A stretch of 62,178 bases of DNA, the filler included, from Globobulimina sp. (lineage: Eukaryota), in NCBI GenBank assembly GCA_003354225.1. It is 26 parts of 26 records of this genome, joined end to end, with 100 filler letters (N's around TTAATTAATTAA, not from the genome) between each part and the next. Parts side by side here need not be neighbours in the genome. Positions count along the whole stretch, not along the records: positions 23,963 to 26,258 come from PIVH01007574.1; positions 26,359 to 28,653 come from PIVH01007575.1; positions 28,754 to 31,048 come from PIVH01007576.1; positions 31,149 to 33,443 come from PIVH01007577.1; positions 33,544 to 35,838 come from PIVH01007578.1; positions 35,939 to 38,233 come from PIVH01007579.1; positions 38,334 to 40,628 come from PIVH01007580.1; 19 more parts are not named here. One strand, written 5' to 3'. The position numbers and the translations under genes were made by a program. The notes beneath the pieces were generated by a model. The model made no database searches and was not told where the DNA came from. It saw only the letters and a list, made by a program, of their open reading frames with translations. Below, piece after piece: positions 24,948 through 38,406 of this stretch. Within the stretch, counting starts at the first letter, position 1. Each line of letters starts with the position of its first letter.

Positions 24948-26258
24948 GTGTTTTTTTCGCGTTTATTAATGGATCATAAGTATTTATGGTGGATTTCGGG
25001 CGGAATTCGCCCGGATTTGGGCGGATTGGAAGAGGGTGAAAATTTATTTGACGATGAACATTTCAATCCGACCATCAACAATGCCGGCGCCTATGACACC
25101 TTTTGCGTCGAGTTGGAGATCAACCATTTAGCCACCAACACAGTGCTGCAAAGTGAGCATATCCAGACCTTGGAACTGGGCATCGGCGGTATGGACGCGG
25201 CTGGGGGCGATTTGGGCATTGTGGAGAAAGCAAACCGCGAAGATTACGTCAAAACAAATATACGCATTGACGACACATCTTCGTGTTTGCAGACATTCAA
25301 AATCTTAAAAAGATTGGTGACGAATTGGTGCGATGACATCTCCAAAAAAAATGAGTCGCAGACACAATATGCGGATAGATTATTGATGGAATTTTACCGT
25401 TGGTTGCGGTCACCGTCTTCGTTATTTTACGACCCATTGCTACATTGCATGGTTCATAGGTTGATGAAGAAGGTCTTCATGCAATTAATAGCACAGTTTA
25501 AGCGCTTTGGGTGTAAGATCATCTATGCCTCGTTCGACAAAATCATAATCGAAACGGGCAAGAACCGCATCGAGAATGTGCTGGCGTATATTGACTCGTG
25601 TTTGAATTCGATAAACAAACAGGATTTGTTTGAATGGTTAATTATAAATCCCATCAACTTTTGGGAGTGTCTCAGTTGGTACGACCATGCCAATTATGGC
25701 GGATATTTATTGCATGAGAAGGACGAGAATGAGGGCAATGTCATAGATATGGATAAGTTTGACAGAGAGTTGGAAGTTCGGTGGAATATTGCTTCCTTTT
25801 TGCCGCAGTTTGCGGAGGATTCGTTTGATGTTATTTTTGCTGGCTATTTGACGGATATTCGCAATGAATATCGGCGGTTATTGGGCTTTGGCAGTAGCGA
25901 TGATGCGGAGGTTGAGCATAAAAAAAAGAATAAAAACAGTAAACGGGAAATTGACGCGTCAGATGATGAGGATATGGATGTTGATATGACGCAGAATGTG
26001 ATCAAAAGCAGTGATTGTGTGGACATATTGGCATCGGAACTATGTTTACAATTTTCCAAATTTAAGCAAGATATGATTGACAACCAAATCTCATTTAAAA
26101 TCTTTGAATATGTGAAACAAATTCAAAATAAGACACCCAAAGATACCTCAAACATAAACAGCAGCGCTGATATATTTCCATTGCGGCCAGGCTCGCATTT
26201 AAAACTTCACGATCCGGCATTGGAATTTATAAAATATTTATGTTTGGTGTTGTCGTTG
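24948..26258 (+). CDS. POLE: DNA polymerase epsilon catalytic subunit, C-terminal region fragment
   Basis: RPDLGGLE, INNAGAYDTFCVELEINHLATNTVLQS, MKKVFMQLIAQFKRFGCKIIYASF, PALEFIK. Confidence 0.9.
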
Positions 26259-26358
26259 NNNNNNNNNNNNNNNNNNNNNNNNNNNNNNNNNNNNNNNNNN
26301 NNTTAATTAATTAANNNNNNNNNNNNNNNNNNNNNNNNNNNNNNNNNNNNNNNNNNNN

Positions 26359-27498
26359 ATGTCCTGCGGTAAAAAGCGAATAAACGCTCCTTGCCAATAT
26401 AAATAACATTTTATCTCATCACAAGACTCCACATGAAATGACAAAATAACCAGACCACTGCCACAGGCACTTGCTGAGGTCACCAATTCATTTTGTTTTT
26501 CATTAAATTTACATTTCACACAAGCTGTGTCAGCCAAAAAACATACCAACAATAACAACCCTTTTATTTCGTGGATATTGAGAAAATTCGCCACCTTTAT
26601 ATTTCGAACGCAATTTGCTTCGCTTAAACTCCTTGAATTGATGTAAAATTCGTGAAGCAAAGGCTACACCGCTTACATGGCTGGTATCAGCAGACAAAGT
26701 GGACAGCGACGGATTTCCCATACCTCCAATTGCACCAATATCCGGATCCATATTACTTAAATATGGCAAATTGTTATGTTTCAACTTCTCTTTAATATCA
26801 CAGACATGATCACAAAATTCACAGTCGACATCATCGTCGTCATCGTCATCAGATTCGTCGGTCTTCTTTGCTGTATTCCCCATATCAATACCCTTGACAC
26901 CAAGTACTGTTTTGTTAGAAACATGATTGAAAATAAAGCAATTATCCACTTGAAAGGGACAATGTTGCTGCTCCTGTTTGGATAAAGTATACACAAAGTC
27001 CACCATCGACAAGATATATTCACAAATATCTTCGATAGAATCATCGATTGCTAATAAATTGGACATTGACAGCACTGGACATATACGCTTAAAATATGAT
27101 GTCACAGCGGCTTCCGCCTCAGTATAAGCTTGCATATTTATCCCAGTGTTCAGTTTTTTTAATTTATTAAAGTGAGTATTGATTCGCGCCCATTCACCGA
27201 CATGTAAACTCTCCTTTGCTTCGAGGAAATATCTCAAACTATCTCGCAAATAGCAATCAGCTAAAAAGGATAAATATGGCACATTTTGTTTATAGCCAAT
27301 AGCTAATAGTTTCATTAGACTTTGATCTTCGCCCATTGCTTTGTCACACAATTCGGGTAATTGTGATTTATAAATGTTTGTAATTCGATGCAACTCTTGT
27401 TTGGTTATACACCAATCATCCTTTGTTGCTGTATGTTTTTTTAGTTTGTTAATGTCGCAAATATAATGCAACAAATACGTAACGTTCAAATACGGCAT
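26359..27498 (-). CDS. Hypothetical protein with a frame break near 26535
   Basis: 322-aa ORF continued by an overlapping ORF in another frame to the contig end. Confidence 0.5.
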
Positions 27499-28753
27499 AA
27501 AGCATCATATTATCTGTGAATAAGTTTTCATTGAGGGAGCATTTTTTGATTATGTCGAAAATAGCTCCATTGCGATTATATGGTGTTTGGACGAATGGGA
27601 ATTCGTCATCAAAATCACTGGTATTTGTGGTTATGGTCTATGTGTATTTGTTAACTAAGATAAGAATGGAAAATAACTCACGCCATGCAAGAGTTGTTAG
27701 GGTCAGCGTCGGCTATTTCGTCTGAAGTGCCGATGTTGTTTTAAAAACGGTTACAAATAATTATTTATTGAATATATGATATATATCACATACCAGCAAC
27801 ATCATCATCAGCATATGCATTGTCATCACACCATGTTTGAAATTTACCAGTTTCGTTTATAAAATAATTGTTGGATCCAAGTTTCTGGTAATAACGACCG
27901 AGACAAGTATCAATTTGGATGATGAGTCCTTCGTGTGACTGTGACATTATTCTGAAACTCAAAAGATTATTTTAACATTTTTGCAAAAACTTTGCACGGT
28001 ACACCTGGGGTCAATTATGCGTTTCAACTGGAATTATTTACCTATGAATGTGGGCGAACATAGGTATAAATATGTTATGCTTATGATAAGAAAGTATAAA
28101 CACAAAATAATATCCAACATACACAGATGAGAACAACCAGAACCTAATAGAAGCCATAATGCATCGCATGATATTTGTGATATGTTTCACGTGCATTGCA
28201 TTCATTCTTTGTGTACTGCGATTAATTTAATTAATAATTCTCTAAGTTCGGAAATCGGAATTAATATTAATCCAAGAAATGAATGTATCGTTGACATCCA
28301 TCTCAACCATAAAAACAACCATCATTCCTCTTATCTAAATCAATCATCTCATTATCATTAGGATGCACACAACCAATATTATGAAAATGATAAATTAAAG
28401 ATCGGGATTAATAAATCAAGCCATAAAATAGTTATGTAATATATGCAGTTGATCTTCAGTTACTAACGTACAGTGATGATATGCCGATAAAATTAATCTG
28501 GATGAATACAGCAGCAATGTCAACCAAATAGAAAACATTGATATTAAACAGCTGCATCAAACATCACAAACTGACAAAATTTTGCTGGAATAGACTGAAT
28601 ATTTGAAAGTTGCACTTTTGGAGTAAAAGTTAAGTGAAAATGTTTCGAAAACGNNNNNNNNNNNNNNNNNNNNNNNNNNNNNNNNNNNNNNNNNNNNTTA
28701 ATTAATTAANNNNNNNNNNNNNNNNNNNNNNNNNNNNNNNNNNNNNNNNNNNN

Positions 28754-31048
28754 TGACATAATAATGAGGATCTGTTAAACGACAAAGACAGACAGGATCC
28801 AAAATTATTCCAGAACAGATTAAAAATGTTAATCGATGTGTCGCGAGGGATGACAAGGTTGCATGACGCTGGCATTATTCACAGAGACTTAAAAGTTAAG
28901 TAAGTTTTTTCATTTTTGACTAACAAACCAGCATTTTGAACATGTCAGACTTCCAATATATTGGTGCATTACAAACTGGGTAAGTATGTGGCCAAAGTCT
29001 GTGATTTTGGCTCTGCCAGAAAGATATTAGGGAATAATGTGAATCGATATCGTGGCGGTGCAGCAAAATCGAATGAGCTTAGTTATACACCACCTAAACG
29101 ACTGGAACATGCCAAATCGCATGATTTTGTATCAAACGAAGACTTGCCACATAAACAAGTTGTAAAATCCATTCAACACAAAGTAAGTCAAAAGAGACTG
29201 GGTAAAACCGTCAAAAAACATGAAGTTGTGGTGGAGAATAAACCACATCATAAGATCTCAAAAAGTAGCGATATGGGCATAAACCGCCTCGCATTAAACA
29301 AACAGGACTCAAAACATGGCCGCAGAGTGACAGTCAACATATCGCAAGGCATATTTGGATGGAAAGTGAAACGCAAAAGCAATATCAAAACAACACGCGA
29401 GCGAAACACCGTAATATCACATTCATTGGAGACCAATGACGAGAAAATAGAACAGGAACCCGCACAAAGTGTGAAATCGAACCATAAACCATCGGTCAAC
29501 TATGATGATATGGAAGAAGAGGAGAAATATGATCAACCACAACCTTATAATACACCGGGTGATGGAGATGGTGATGGTGTCCCTCAGCTAACCATGAAAG
29601 GCGATTTTGATGACATTGATACAAAGACAGAAGCCACAGATTATTTAACCGAACTGGCTTCATCCCACAATGAGCGCGATCCCACCAAACTGGCCTTTTC
29701 TGTGTCGCCATTGCTGTTGACCACACAAGTCGGCACATTGGCCTTCATGGCGCCGGAAATCTTATCGCATGTAAACATCGGTGCGTTATCCGGTGGATGG
29801 CTCAATAAAAAGGAAGAAAACGAGAATGAAAATGATAAATCTGATGATAAATCTGATTATAAATCTGAACCTGAATCTAAATCTGAAGAGAATTTAGAAA
29901 CAATGCCATGTGAACTGAAGCAGGACAACATGGCGAATGATCCGAGCGGAAATCATTTAGAAATCGCACGTTTGCCACGCTATCATGACTCCACTACGAC
30001 CACTGCCACCACAGAGACTGCAATCAGTGATAGTTTACAATCTGAAACTATTGTTATTAAAATAGATACAAAAACGGATCCAAATTATCAGCTGCAGAAA
30101 AAAAGCGCAAATTATTTATCCTCACGGACCTCACCGTCGCTTCCCTCGTCACTCGCAAATGATAAATCGGCCAAAGCCAAAACTGCGCCTATTGCCATAC
30201 CGCAGAGGAATAAGAATAAAAAAAGGAGCGTTATCAGCAGCGGTACGCAAATAAAAAAGTTAAATTCCATGGAAATGAGGGAAGTGAAGAAACGATTCAG
30301 TCGCGAATATATCAATAAACATCGTCAGTTTGCGCGCCACGAATTAAGTATCAATATCGCCTCTGTCCCACGCAAAGCCTTACCGCCGTCGCCAAAGAAA
30401 AGAACCATATCTGGCGTCTCAAACTCATTTAAGAAATTAAAAATGTTCTCCTCCTCTATGAACAATAACAGCTGGCAGAATCGAGACATTTTCGTGTATA
30501 ACAACCCATTGCCACCCAACCCAAACAATTATAAACTGGCAAATTCAATGAAGAGCGAGAAGCAGTTACAAGTACCGAGTGTCAACAAGCAATTACCTGC
30601 CTTACCCAAAGAGGATAATGATGCGCGCTTTTCCACTCTGGGCAGTGTGGCTTTTGGTAAATTAATCCGGCCCAAAAACATGCACTCATATATTCATAGG
30701 GAGTTACCGCCCGATCCGCCCAAACGGAGAAAGAAAGAGAAAGCAAATTATTTTTCTCGCGGCCGGACGCAAAGCAGCAAATTTGGTGTGCGGAATAAGA
30801 GTAAGAGTAAGAAGACAAGCGAGGAGTTGGAGGATGATGCACGATCTGTGATTTATGAGACACGTAAGTTTGAGATTATATATGAAGCCTCGAATCAAGC
30901 GCTGTATAATGATTCGGTGGACGTGTATTCCTTTGGTGTGATAATGTGGGAGGCGGCACTTTGCGATCGCATATATAACCAAATGGATATGAGGCAGATC
31001 CGTGACAGCGAATCGATCCGTAAGGGCGAGTTCTGGACGAGCCCGACC
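28754..31048 (+). CDS. TKL-type protein kinase with very large insertions, both ends truncated (intron ~28894-28948)
   Basis: IIHRDLK|TSNILV, KVCDFGSAR, GTLAFMAPE, DVYSFGVIMWE. Confidence 0.85.
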
Positions 31049-31149
31049 NNNNNNNNNNNNNNNNNNNNNNNNNNNNNNNNNNNNNNNNNNNNTTAATTAA
31101 TTAANNNNNNNNNNNNNNNNNNNNNNNNNNNNNNNNNNNNNNNNNNNNT

Positions 31150-31537
31150 ATGCGCCATTTGTGATTATTAATATCTTGCCAGCATCGCCACGGGGAACAA
31201 TTGTAACAATCGCGGATTGGACGGAAAAGGTCCCAGAGCCTTGCATTAGAACACATGTATAATCGGTGTTGCTTACCTGCGCTATGTCTAATACGCCCTG
31301 TCGAACACTGGCAATTAAATCAATAAATGTTTGATCTCTGGAGCCAAAATCATGCGCAAGACATGCTTTCACGGTCCGTGATGTCGATAATGGACCAGGT
31401 GTTAACAATAATTTTTCAGGCTGCGATAACACTTTATCTAAATTAAAAGCAGAAAAAATTCGTTTGGTGCAGTTTAGTTGTGATGGGAGTGGATATTTTG
31501 TGCTTCTTACTAATATAGATCGTAGGGACTTCATCAC
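31150..31537 (-). CDS. phnW: 2-aminoethylphosphonate-pyruvate transaminase with an N-terminal extension, 3' truncated
   Basis: LLLTPGPLSTS.TVK, DFGSRD..F, MQGSGTF.V, IITNGAY. Confidence 0.85.
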
Positions 31538-31603
31538 GACGGTACTCAGTACTTGTCAAATTAAAGAGAAACTTCTGGAAATTCTGCTGTGAACTTTTTA
31601 ACA

Positions 31604-33443
31604 ATGGCACAGCTCGCTGTTGACGCAGCCAAATATAGTAATTGCATTAGGTTCAGCACAGATGAAAATATACTTAAACTATTCTCATTATTTGATGTCA
31701 AGAGTCGTAAACATATTTTATTATCATATTTTAATAAATTCAAAACAACGCATCAAAAAAATCAAATCCGTAGATCTGTTGAGTATTTCTTAATCATTTT
31801 AATAGCAAAAAAGTAATCATTTAGCAATACACAGACACAAGATATTAAAATATTTGCTCGTTTCTCGAAAATAGTTGAAAGTGAATCTCGAAAACAAAAC
31901 AAGCAAAATCCAGCAACGATTTGCAACATTTCATGCGAATTATTTGCAAATGTAATATCATTTTGTACCATGAAAGAAAGATTACGGTGCGAACGAGTAT
32001 CAAGCAAATTATATGATATTTGCCAAACGAAACTGGCCAAATCCCATTTAGCAATCAATAAATCATTTGTACGCAATGCGTTATTTGATAACATTGCTAT
32101 GGATAAATATTACAATATAAAATATTTATCCATAAACTTTGTTTATTGCAATCCCATTTATAAAAGAAATAATGCACAGCACCCGAGCAATGAAAGTGAC
32201 TTTGAATCAAAATATTATCACATTATCAATGAGATAATGCGCCATTCTCCCGACCTAAAAACAATCGAATATTCATTGACAGAGAATTCATTTCGAAGTT
32301 TTTTGGGACAAAATAAATTTTCAAAGAAGAATGCATACAATAAACAATATTCCGGTGGTTTATATGACTTTGCTTACAATTTATGCACCAAATCAAACAA
32401 TAATAACTTTGTGGAGATTAATAAATTAATATGGATCGAAAAAGAATATAAAGATATAAGTTGGATGCCAGGTGGTGGTAAAAGTATTGATGCTGTTCAT
32501 AAGTGGTTATTTCATAAGCAATATGTACAAAAATTTATCAATATTTTCAAAAACGTGCAATCTCTCGTTATTCCGAGCGATTTTAATTTATTATCATATC
32601 CATTGGTGTCGCAGATATGGAGCAACAAATATTATTATCAGAATTTACAACATTTACAGATAAATTTAGCACAAATTATTAATATCGATGAATATGATGA
32701 CAATGATGATAACGGTGTTGTTACAGAAATAAGTCATCCTTTTACTATTCTTCATAAATATTTAAATCTAAATTCATTGTATTTAATTGTTCCGATATTT
32801 AAAGGTTGTACGAATTATTATAATTCTTTATTTACAAATACTAAAATAAATCATACTTTGGTGGATATACAAATTGATTTTGAAATACATAAAAACATTC
32901 AGCAAGAAACCTTAACTATCATTGATAAGATATGGCTGTATCTCCTCTCATTTTGTACAACTATCTGTAACTTTAAATGTTTTGTTCAGAATGAGAGTGA
33001 GATGCAAATAAATGCAAAACATTCATATATTACGCAGTTAAATAATAAATGTTTAGAATCAATACATTATGAATGCTCAGCGAATGATATTAAAAAGAAT
33101 ATGCTGCCCGTTTTAAGGAAATTGAATGCAAACAATTTGAGACTACTGACATTGTCTATAAATAAAATTATTGCTGGAGATAATATTTACGATTATTTGA
33201 AAAGATTAAAACTGGAAAGATTTAGAGCGTTGGAGTCATTTAAGTTTATTTGCAGCGCAAAGTGTGAATATAAGAAAGATAATGGATTCGTGCAATGTAT
33301 GGTTGGAAATGTGATTGGATTTTTACAGTTTATTAATGAACAAAAGCATATAAATAATCGATTGAATTTTTTCAAAATAACGCATAATACGCATCGGGAT
33401 ACAAGTTATGAACGGAGACAATTAAATAAAATATTTGTAAATG
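31604..33443 (+). CDS. F-box-like/LRR-like protein, 3' truncated, intron near 31811-31875
   Basis: ICNISCELFANVISFCTMKERLRCERVSSKLY is F-box-like; LxxLxL-type repeats downstream. Confidence 0.55.
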
Positions 33444-33544
33444 NNNNNNNNNNNNNNNNNNNNNNNNNNNNNNNNNNNNNNNNNNNNTTAATTAATTAAN
33501 NNNNNNNNNNNNNNNNNNNNNNNNNNNNNNNNNNNNNNNNNNNC

Positions 33545-34126
33545 TTAATTTTTCAGAGCACTGTCAAGTTTTTGAATGTCAAAACACTGATATAGACTGA
33601 CATGACCAAAGCAATGATTGAACATCAACTTTCTAAGAATAACCACAACAACGCAACAAAATATAAACGATTTAGCAGTCTTCATGAGTATGTTGCGAAT
33701 TTGTTGGATAATATGTGCAATAAAAAGAATTCGGTTCATATCAATTGGCATTTGATGTGTAATGAGGTTTTAACTCGATATGAGAAAGGATATCAGGGAT
33801 ATTTCTTTTTGAAAGATTTGTTTTGTTTGAAAATGGGTGAAATGTTCAATTTGGATATTTTATTTTTATTGTTTCCTGATATGAAATCGTGCAAATTGAC
33901 GGAGTTATCGCTGATATCAACAGCATCTATGGATCATATTGCTCATTTTCTATTGGACAATGCAAACAAATGCAATCTTAATTGGATTACTTTGGAGTTT
34001 AAGAAAGATGTTTTCGATGAGACAATGATTGGTCGTGTTGCAGCGCATGAAAAGTTTAACAATTTATCAGCTCAAGGTTGGTTTTTTAGAGGTTGCTCGC
34101 AAGGATTAAGTGCAATGCGAGTGTAA
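33545..34126 (+). CDS. Hypothetical protein C-terminus
   Basis: Open frame to the stop at 34126. Confidence 0.45.
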
Positions 34127-34298
34127 ATTATATACAGTATCATAACTTGTATTGTCCACCAGTTTAATCATCTAATTTAGTAAAGTTTTTACTTGATCAT
34201 CTAATTTAGTAAACACAAAATCCTCAAAAAAACATTCCACCAATCATCAAAACAAATTCTTTTCCCCATCAACATTTTATTTGATTCTTCAATAAATT

Positions 34299-35780
34299 AT
34301 GCGTTCCTGCAGAACACTGCTTTATTTGTTTGAGACATGTTTGGTGATAATCAGTTGCAAGGCGGTAGTCTTGAATGATGACGTTATAACGAATATAATT
34401 CAACAAACACCATCGGAGTCATTAGACGCTGTGCGAAGAATCAGTCGCAATTATTATAAATTGACAGAAGAACACTATCATAGAGAGATTGCCCAGCTGA
34501 TAGACCTAACCAACATGTCATTAATTCAAAACATCTCGAGTTTAGCATCACAAATAAAAATGATGAGACATCAAAATGGTGTCCGCTTCAATCAACTCTT
34601 ACAGGAAAAGTTTCCATTTATCTTACAATCTATCACTAATTTATCGAGAAGTGATAGAACAACAATAGCCTCCGCAATGGGAATTCGTTATGATTCGTAT
34701 TTTTTATTTTATTATCATTGTGATACTGCACTTAAAGCATTGTACCATGTATCTATGGTTCTGGGAGCTGGCTATTCTTCGTTAATCACACGAGATCCGT
34801 TTACATTGCTTATAAATTCATTTTTATACAAAGCGTTACGTCGGGAACTAAATGTTTCTAACTCTCAATTAATTAATGGCACAATTTTATGGACGGAGGC
34901 GGCTCTGGACACCTTGGCATCAGATATTATTGAGAGACATAACGATTTTGTACCAGACAGCCGCTCAATTGATGACTTTCTTATTTTGTACACTGATTTT
35001 CAGCCAAAAAATGTATTCTATGCGGTGTGGAGTCAGTGTATAGGAGATCTCATAAATGTTTTTGAAGCGAATCCAAACAAATCATTGTCGTTTAATTTTG
35101 CCATTGCTGACTGGAATACGCTTATTCGTTGGGTTCAGATTATTGCACAAATTTCTTATACTCATTACGAAAGAGGCGATGCTGTAATGTATAAACGGTT
35201 TATTGGCTCACTCGCGAATCTGTTCTATGACCAGAGGATGGAGCGGCTGTTATTTTATTTGAGGTGTTGGCAGCAAACAGCAGAATGCAGGAATACTGCA
35301 GCAATGCAGAATAAATATTTTGTTTCGACGATGATCACTGATTTAAGAAAGCAAAGAGATGATTGGCACATATTTAGCCTCAGTGAAGTGGTGAGCATCT
35401 CATATGTTGCACGAGTATGCTGCGGCATTGTTGCATTGGTGAACATATTGGCGGCATGCGTAATTTGTTGGGGGCTGGCTTCTTTTGGGCATTTGTTATG
35501 GGTTTTTCTCAATAATATGGGGGCCAATAATAATGAAAGTCTACAATTCGAATGCGGAACATTTATCATCATTTGGTTCGTTGGGGTGCTAATTGGAATT
35601 TTTATTTATCCAATGGCGGTACGGTGGTTTATTGCATTCTGTTTACCGAAATTCAAAAAGATGTCATGCTGCAATGCATGTTTTAATAATCCCAAATCAT
35701 CCAAGACTGTTATCATTTGTCTTTGTCTTATTGTTGATGTCCTATTCTTTTATCCGTTTTTTACCATTCCCCCACTCTGA
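34299..35780 (+). CDS. Hypothetical membrane protein (signal peptide, about 3 C-terminal TMs)
   Basis: 493-aa ORF with hydrophobic ends. Confidence 0.6.
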   Translation: MRSCRTLLYLFETCLVIISCKAVVLNDDVITNIIQQTPSESLDAVRRISRNYYKLTEEHYHREIAQLIDLTNMSLIQNISSLASQIKMMRHQNGVRFNQLLQEKFPFILQSITNLSRSDRTTIASAMGIRYDSYFLFYYHCDTALKALYHVSMVLGAGYSSLITRDPFTLLINSFLYKALRRELNVSNSQLINGTILWTEAALDTLASDIIERHNDFVPDSRSIDDFLILYTDFQPKNVFYAVWSQCIGDLINVFEANPNKSLSFNFAIADWNTLIRWVQIIAQISYTHYERGDAVMYKRFIGSLANLFYDQRMERLLFYLRCWQQTAECRNTAAMQNKYFVSTMITDLRKQRDDWHIFSLSEVVSISYVARVCCGIVALVNILAACVICWGLASFGHLLWVFLNNMGANNNESLQFECGTFIIIWFVGVLIGIFIYPMAVRWFIAFCLPKFKKMSCCNACFNNPKSSKTVIICLCLIVDVLFFYPFFTIPPL

Positions 35781-36892
35781 CATTGCTCTTTTTAATTAAA
35801 AGTGTGATAAATAAGTTTTTATAACAACTTCGAAGGGGNNNNNNNNNNNNNNNNNNNNNNNNNNNNNNNNNNNNNNNNNNNNTTAATTAATTAANNNNNN
35901 NNNNNNNNNNNNNNNNNNNNNNNNNNNNNNNNNNNNNNAGTCTTTCTAAATAAGTCGAAGTCCATTCGCCTGTTTAAAAGGATGAAACAAAAGAGATTAC
36001 AAAGTCTGACAGTAATTATATTTTATACTCTGTCGGCAATCTGTTAATATGAACAACAATACGATATCAATATGAGTTCCAACACTTTGATTAATTGTTG
36101 CGATATGGTGGTGATCGGAGTGCAATGGTATAATATGCAATGACGGACAGATTACGTAATGTCTCGTATTGTTGTTTTTTGTTTATTGTGTTTTCTACGT
36201 TATATCGATAAGAGATTGCGACAGAGTCTAAAATATACTGATTTTAGTAATGTTGTGTTGCGTTGCGTAACTTTGTAATGTGTGGATAGAAAAGAGTTTT
36301 TAGTAAAGAGTGAGAAGTGGCAATGGATCAAAGTAAACTAATACGTTGGTGCCAGGATAGATCATTAATTTGCAACAAATTAGATTATACATAAATAATT
36401 TGTGACACTAAGTCATCATAATTTTTCTATTAATTAAAAGATGAAAAAACATACATCACAAAAATGTAACATCAGACATCATGTTACACAAAAATACACA
36501 CAAAAAAAAATTCATTCAACAAAAATTAAAGAAAAAAAAGCAAAGAAAAACACATTGATACATAAATACATAAAATACACACAAAATTAAAAAAAAATCA
36601 AAGAAAACAAAGATCAATGACAACAATTTTGTATTGTATTTGTAGTCTTATATAATATAAATATTTGAAATAAAAATGCTATTTAATATGATACGTAAAT
36701 TTTATATAATTAAAAACAACAGAAAAAAAAGGGCAAGTTTTAAAATTAAAGTCTGCATTTTTTATAAATATGCAACAAAATACAACAAAACAACTGTTTT
36801 CAATACTTATCCTTATAAAAAGAGTATCATTTTGTTGCAATACTTACACAAATGTTCATTTACAAATATTACAAAATTACAAAATTAAAATC

Positions 36893-38099
36893 TTACAATC
36901 CAACATTCATTACTTTACATTTTTTATCCCCTTTAAAAGCATCCGTCAATCCAACGAATGGATGACTTAACACTTCCTCCATACTGATCCTATGCAGTTA
37001 TTTGCAAACTTATTTTTAAAAACGCACACAACACAAAAACATGTATACGTATTACGTACAAACCTGTTCTTTTCCAACGTAAATATCCGTTTCATCAAAT
37101 CAATGGCCACATCATTCACCATCCATCGCTTCTTTTGTTTGCGTAAAATTAAATCAATTTTGCCATTCAATAAATAGGTCAACGCAACATCCCCATCACT
37201 ATGCATATCGGTCAAATCACTCACAATGTCTGGTTTGGTGTACGGTGCTTTTCCAGTCAACATTGCAAATAAAATCACGCCTAAACACCATATATCTGCG
37301 GCTCTGCAGTCGTACGATACTCCTTTGGCTGCCACCTCCGGCGACATATAACGGATTTTACCAACGCGGCGGTCCGCGATCCACGAGTTATTATGTTGAG
37401 ATTTATCATATGCTATTCCGAAATCGATCAATTTTGTGTGGATATTACCATTGGATACACTCCATAACATTATATTTTCTAATGATAGGTCCATGTGAGC
37501 GATGCCTGTGTGTTTATGTGATGTGTAGTAATATTATGAATATGATGTGTTATTTGTGTTATTTGTGTACCTTTGGTGTGTAAATAATTTACGGATTTAA
37601 CGATATTTTTGAATATGAGCTGTACGATGTTAATCCATGGTTGATATGGCATGTTATTTGTTGCTTGCTGTAACATTGTTTGTTTCATGGCGGGATTTGT
37701 TTGAAAATATGTGAATTGTTTTCGGATAAATTCAAATAAATCCGAGGGACAATATTTCATGGCATAGTAATATGAATATTGGTCTTCCCAGATATAATTA
37801 TTGAATATGCAGCATATGCCTTGGTTGGCAATGTCTGGTCTATTGGATAGATATTTTAATATACGCATTTCTTCGAGAAAATTCTCGTTTAGTTTATTGC
37901 CTTTGTGACCGATGCCTGATTGGATTAATTTTTTGATGGTTTGTTTGACGATTAATGGTTGTTTGGTGGTTGGATCTTGGATTAAATGAATGTGTCCTTG
38001 TAAGGTCTTGCATAGGTTTGCACGAATAAATGGTAGGTTTGGAATATGAGCTGGTGAACTCATTGCTGTTGCTTGTTTGTCGCTAGATGTTGACGACAT
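36893..38099 (-). CDS. CAMK-like Ser/Thr kinase (HxDLSLEN type), 2 introns
   Basis: AHMDLSLEN after splicing, KLIDFG, GKIRYMSPE, ADIWCLGV, RISMEEVLSHPF. Confidence 0.9.
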
Positions 38100-38406
38100 G
38101 ATACAGTTTTTTTTGACTAAAATTAAAAAAGTTGACTAAATGTTACTTTCTTTTTGTTTTTCTGATCGGATTCGAATACGAATACGAATACGAACAGACA
38201 CTTCCATTAATTTATAAAGTGTTTCTAATCTAANNNNNNNNNNNNNNNNNNNNNNNNNNNNNNNNNNNNNNNNNNNNTTAATTAATTAANNNNNNNNNNN
38301 NNNNNNNNNNNNNNNNNNNNNNNNNNNNNNNNNTGTTTTGATCTTTACTTAAAAACTTCTTCCACTTTCTAACCTCTTCTTAATTAACTAAAAACCACAG
38401 AGAACA

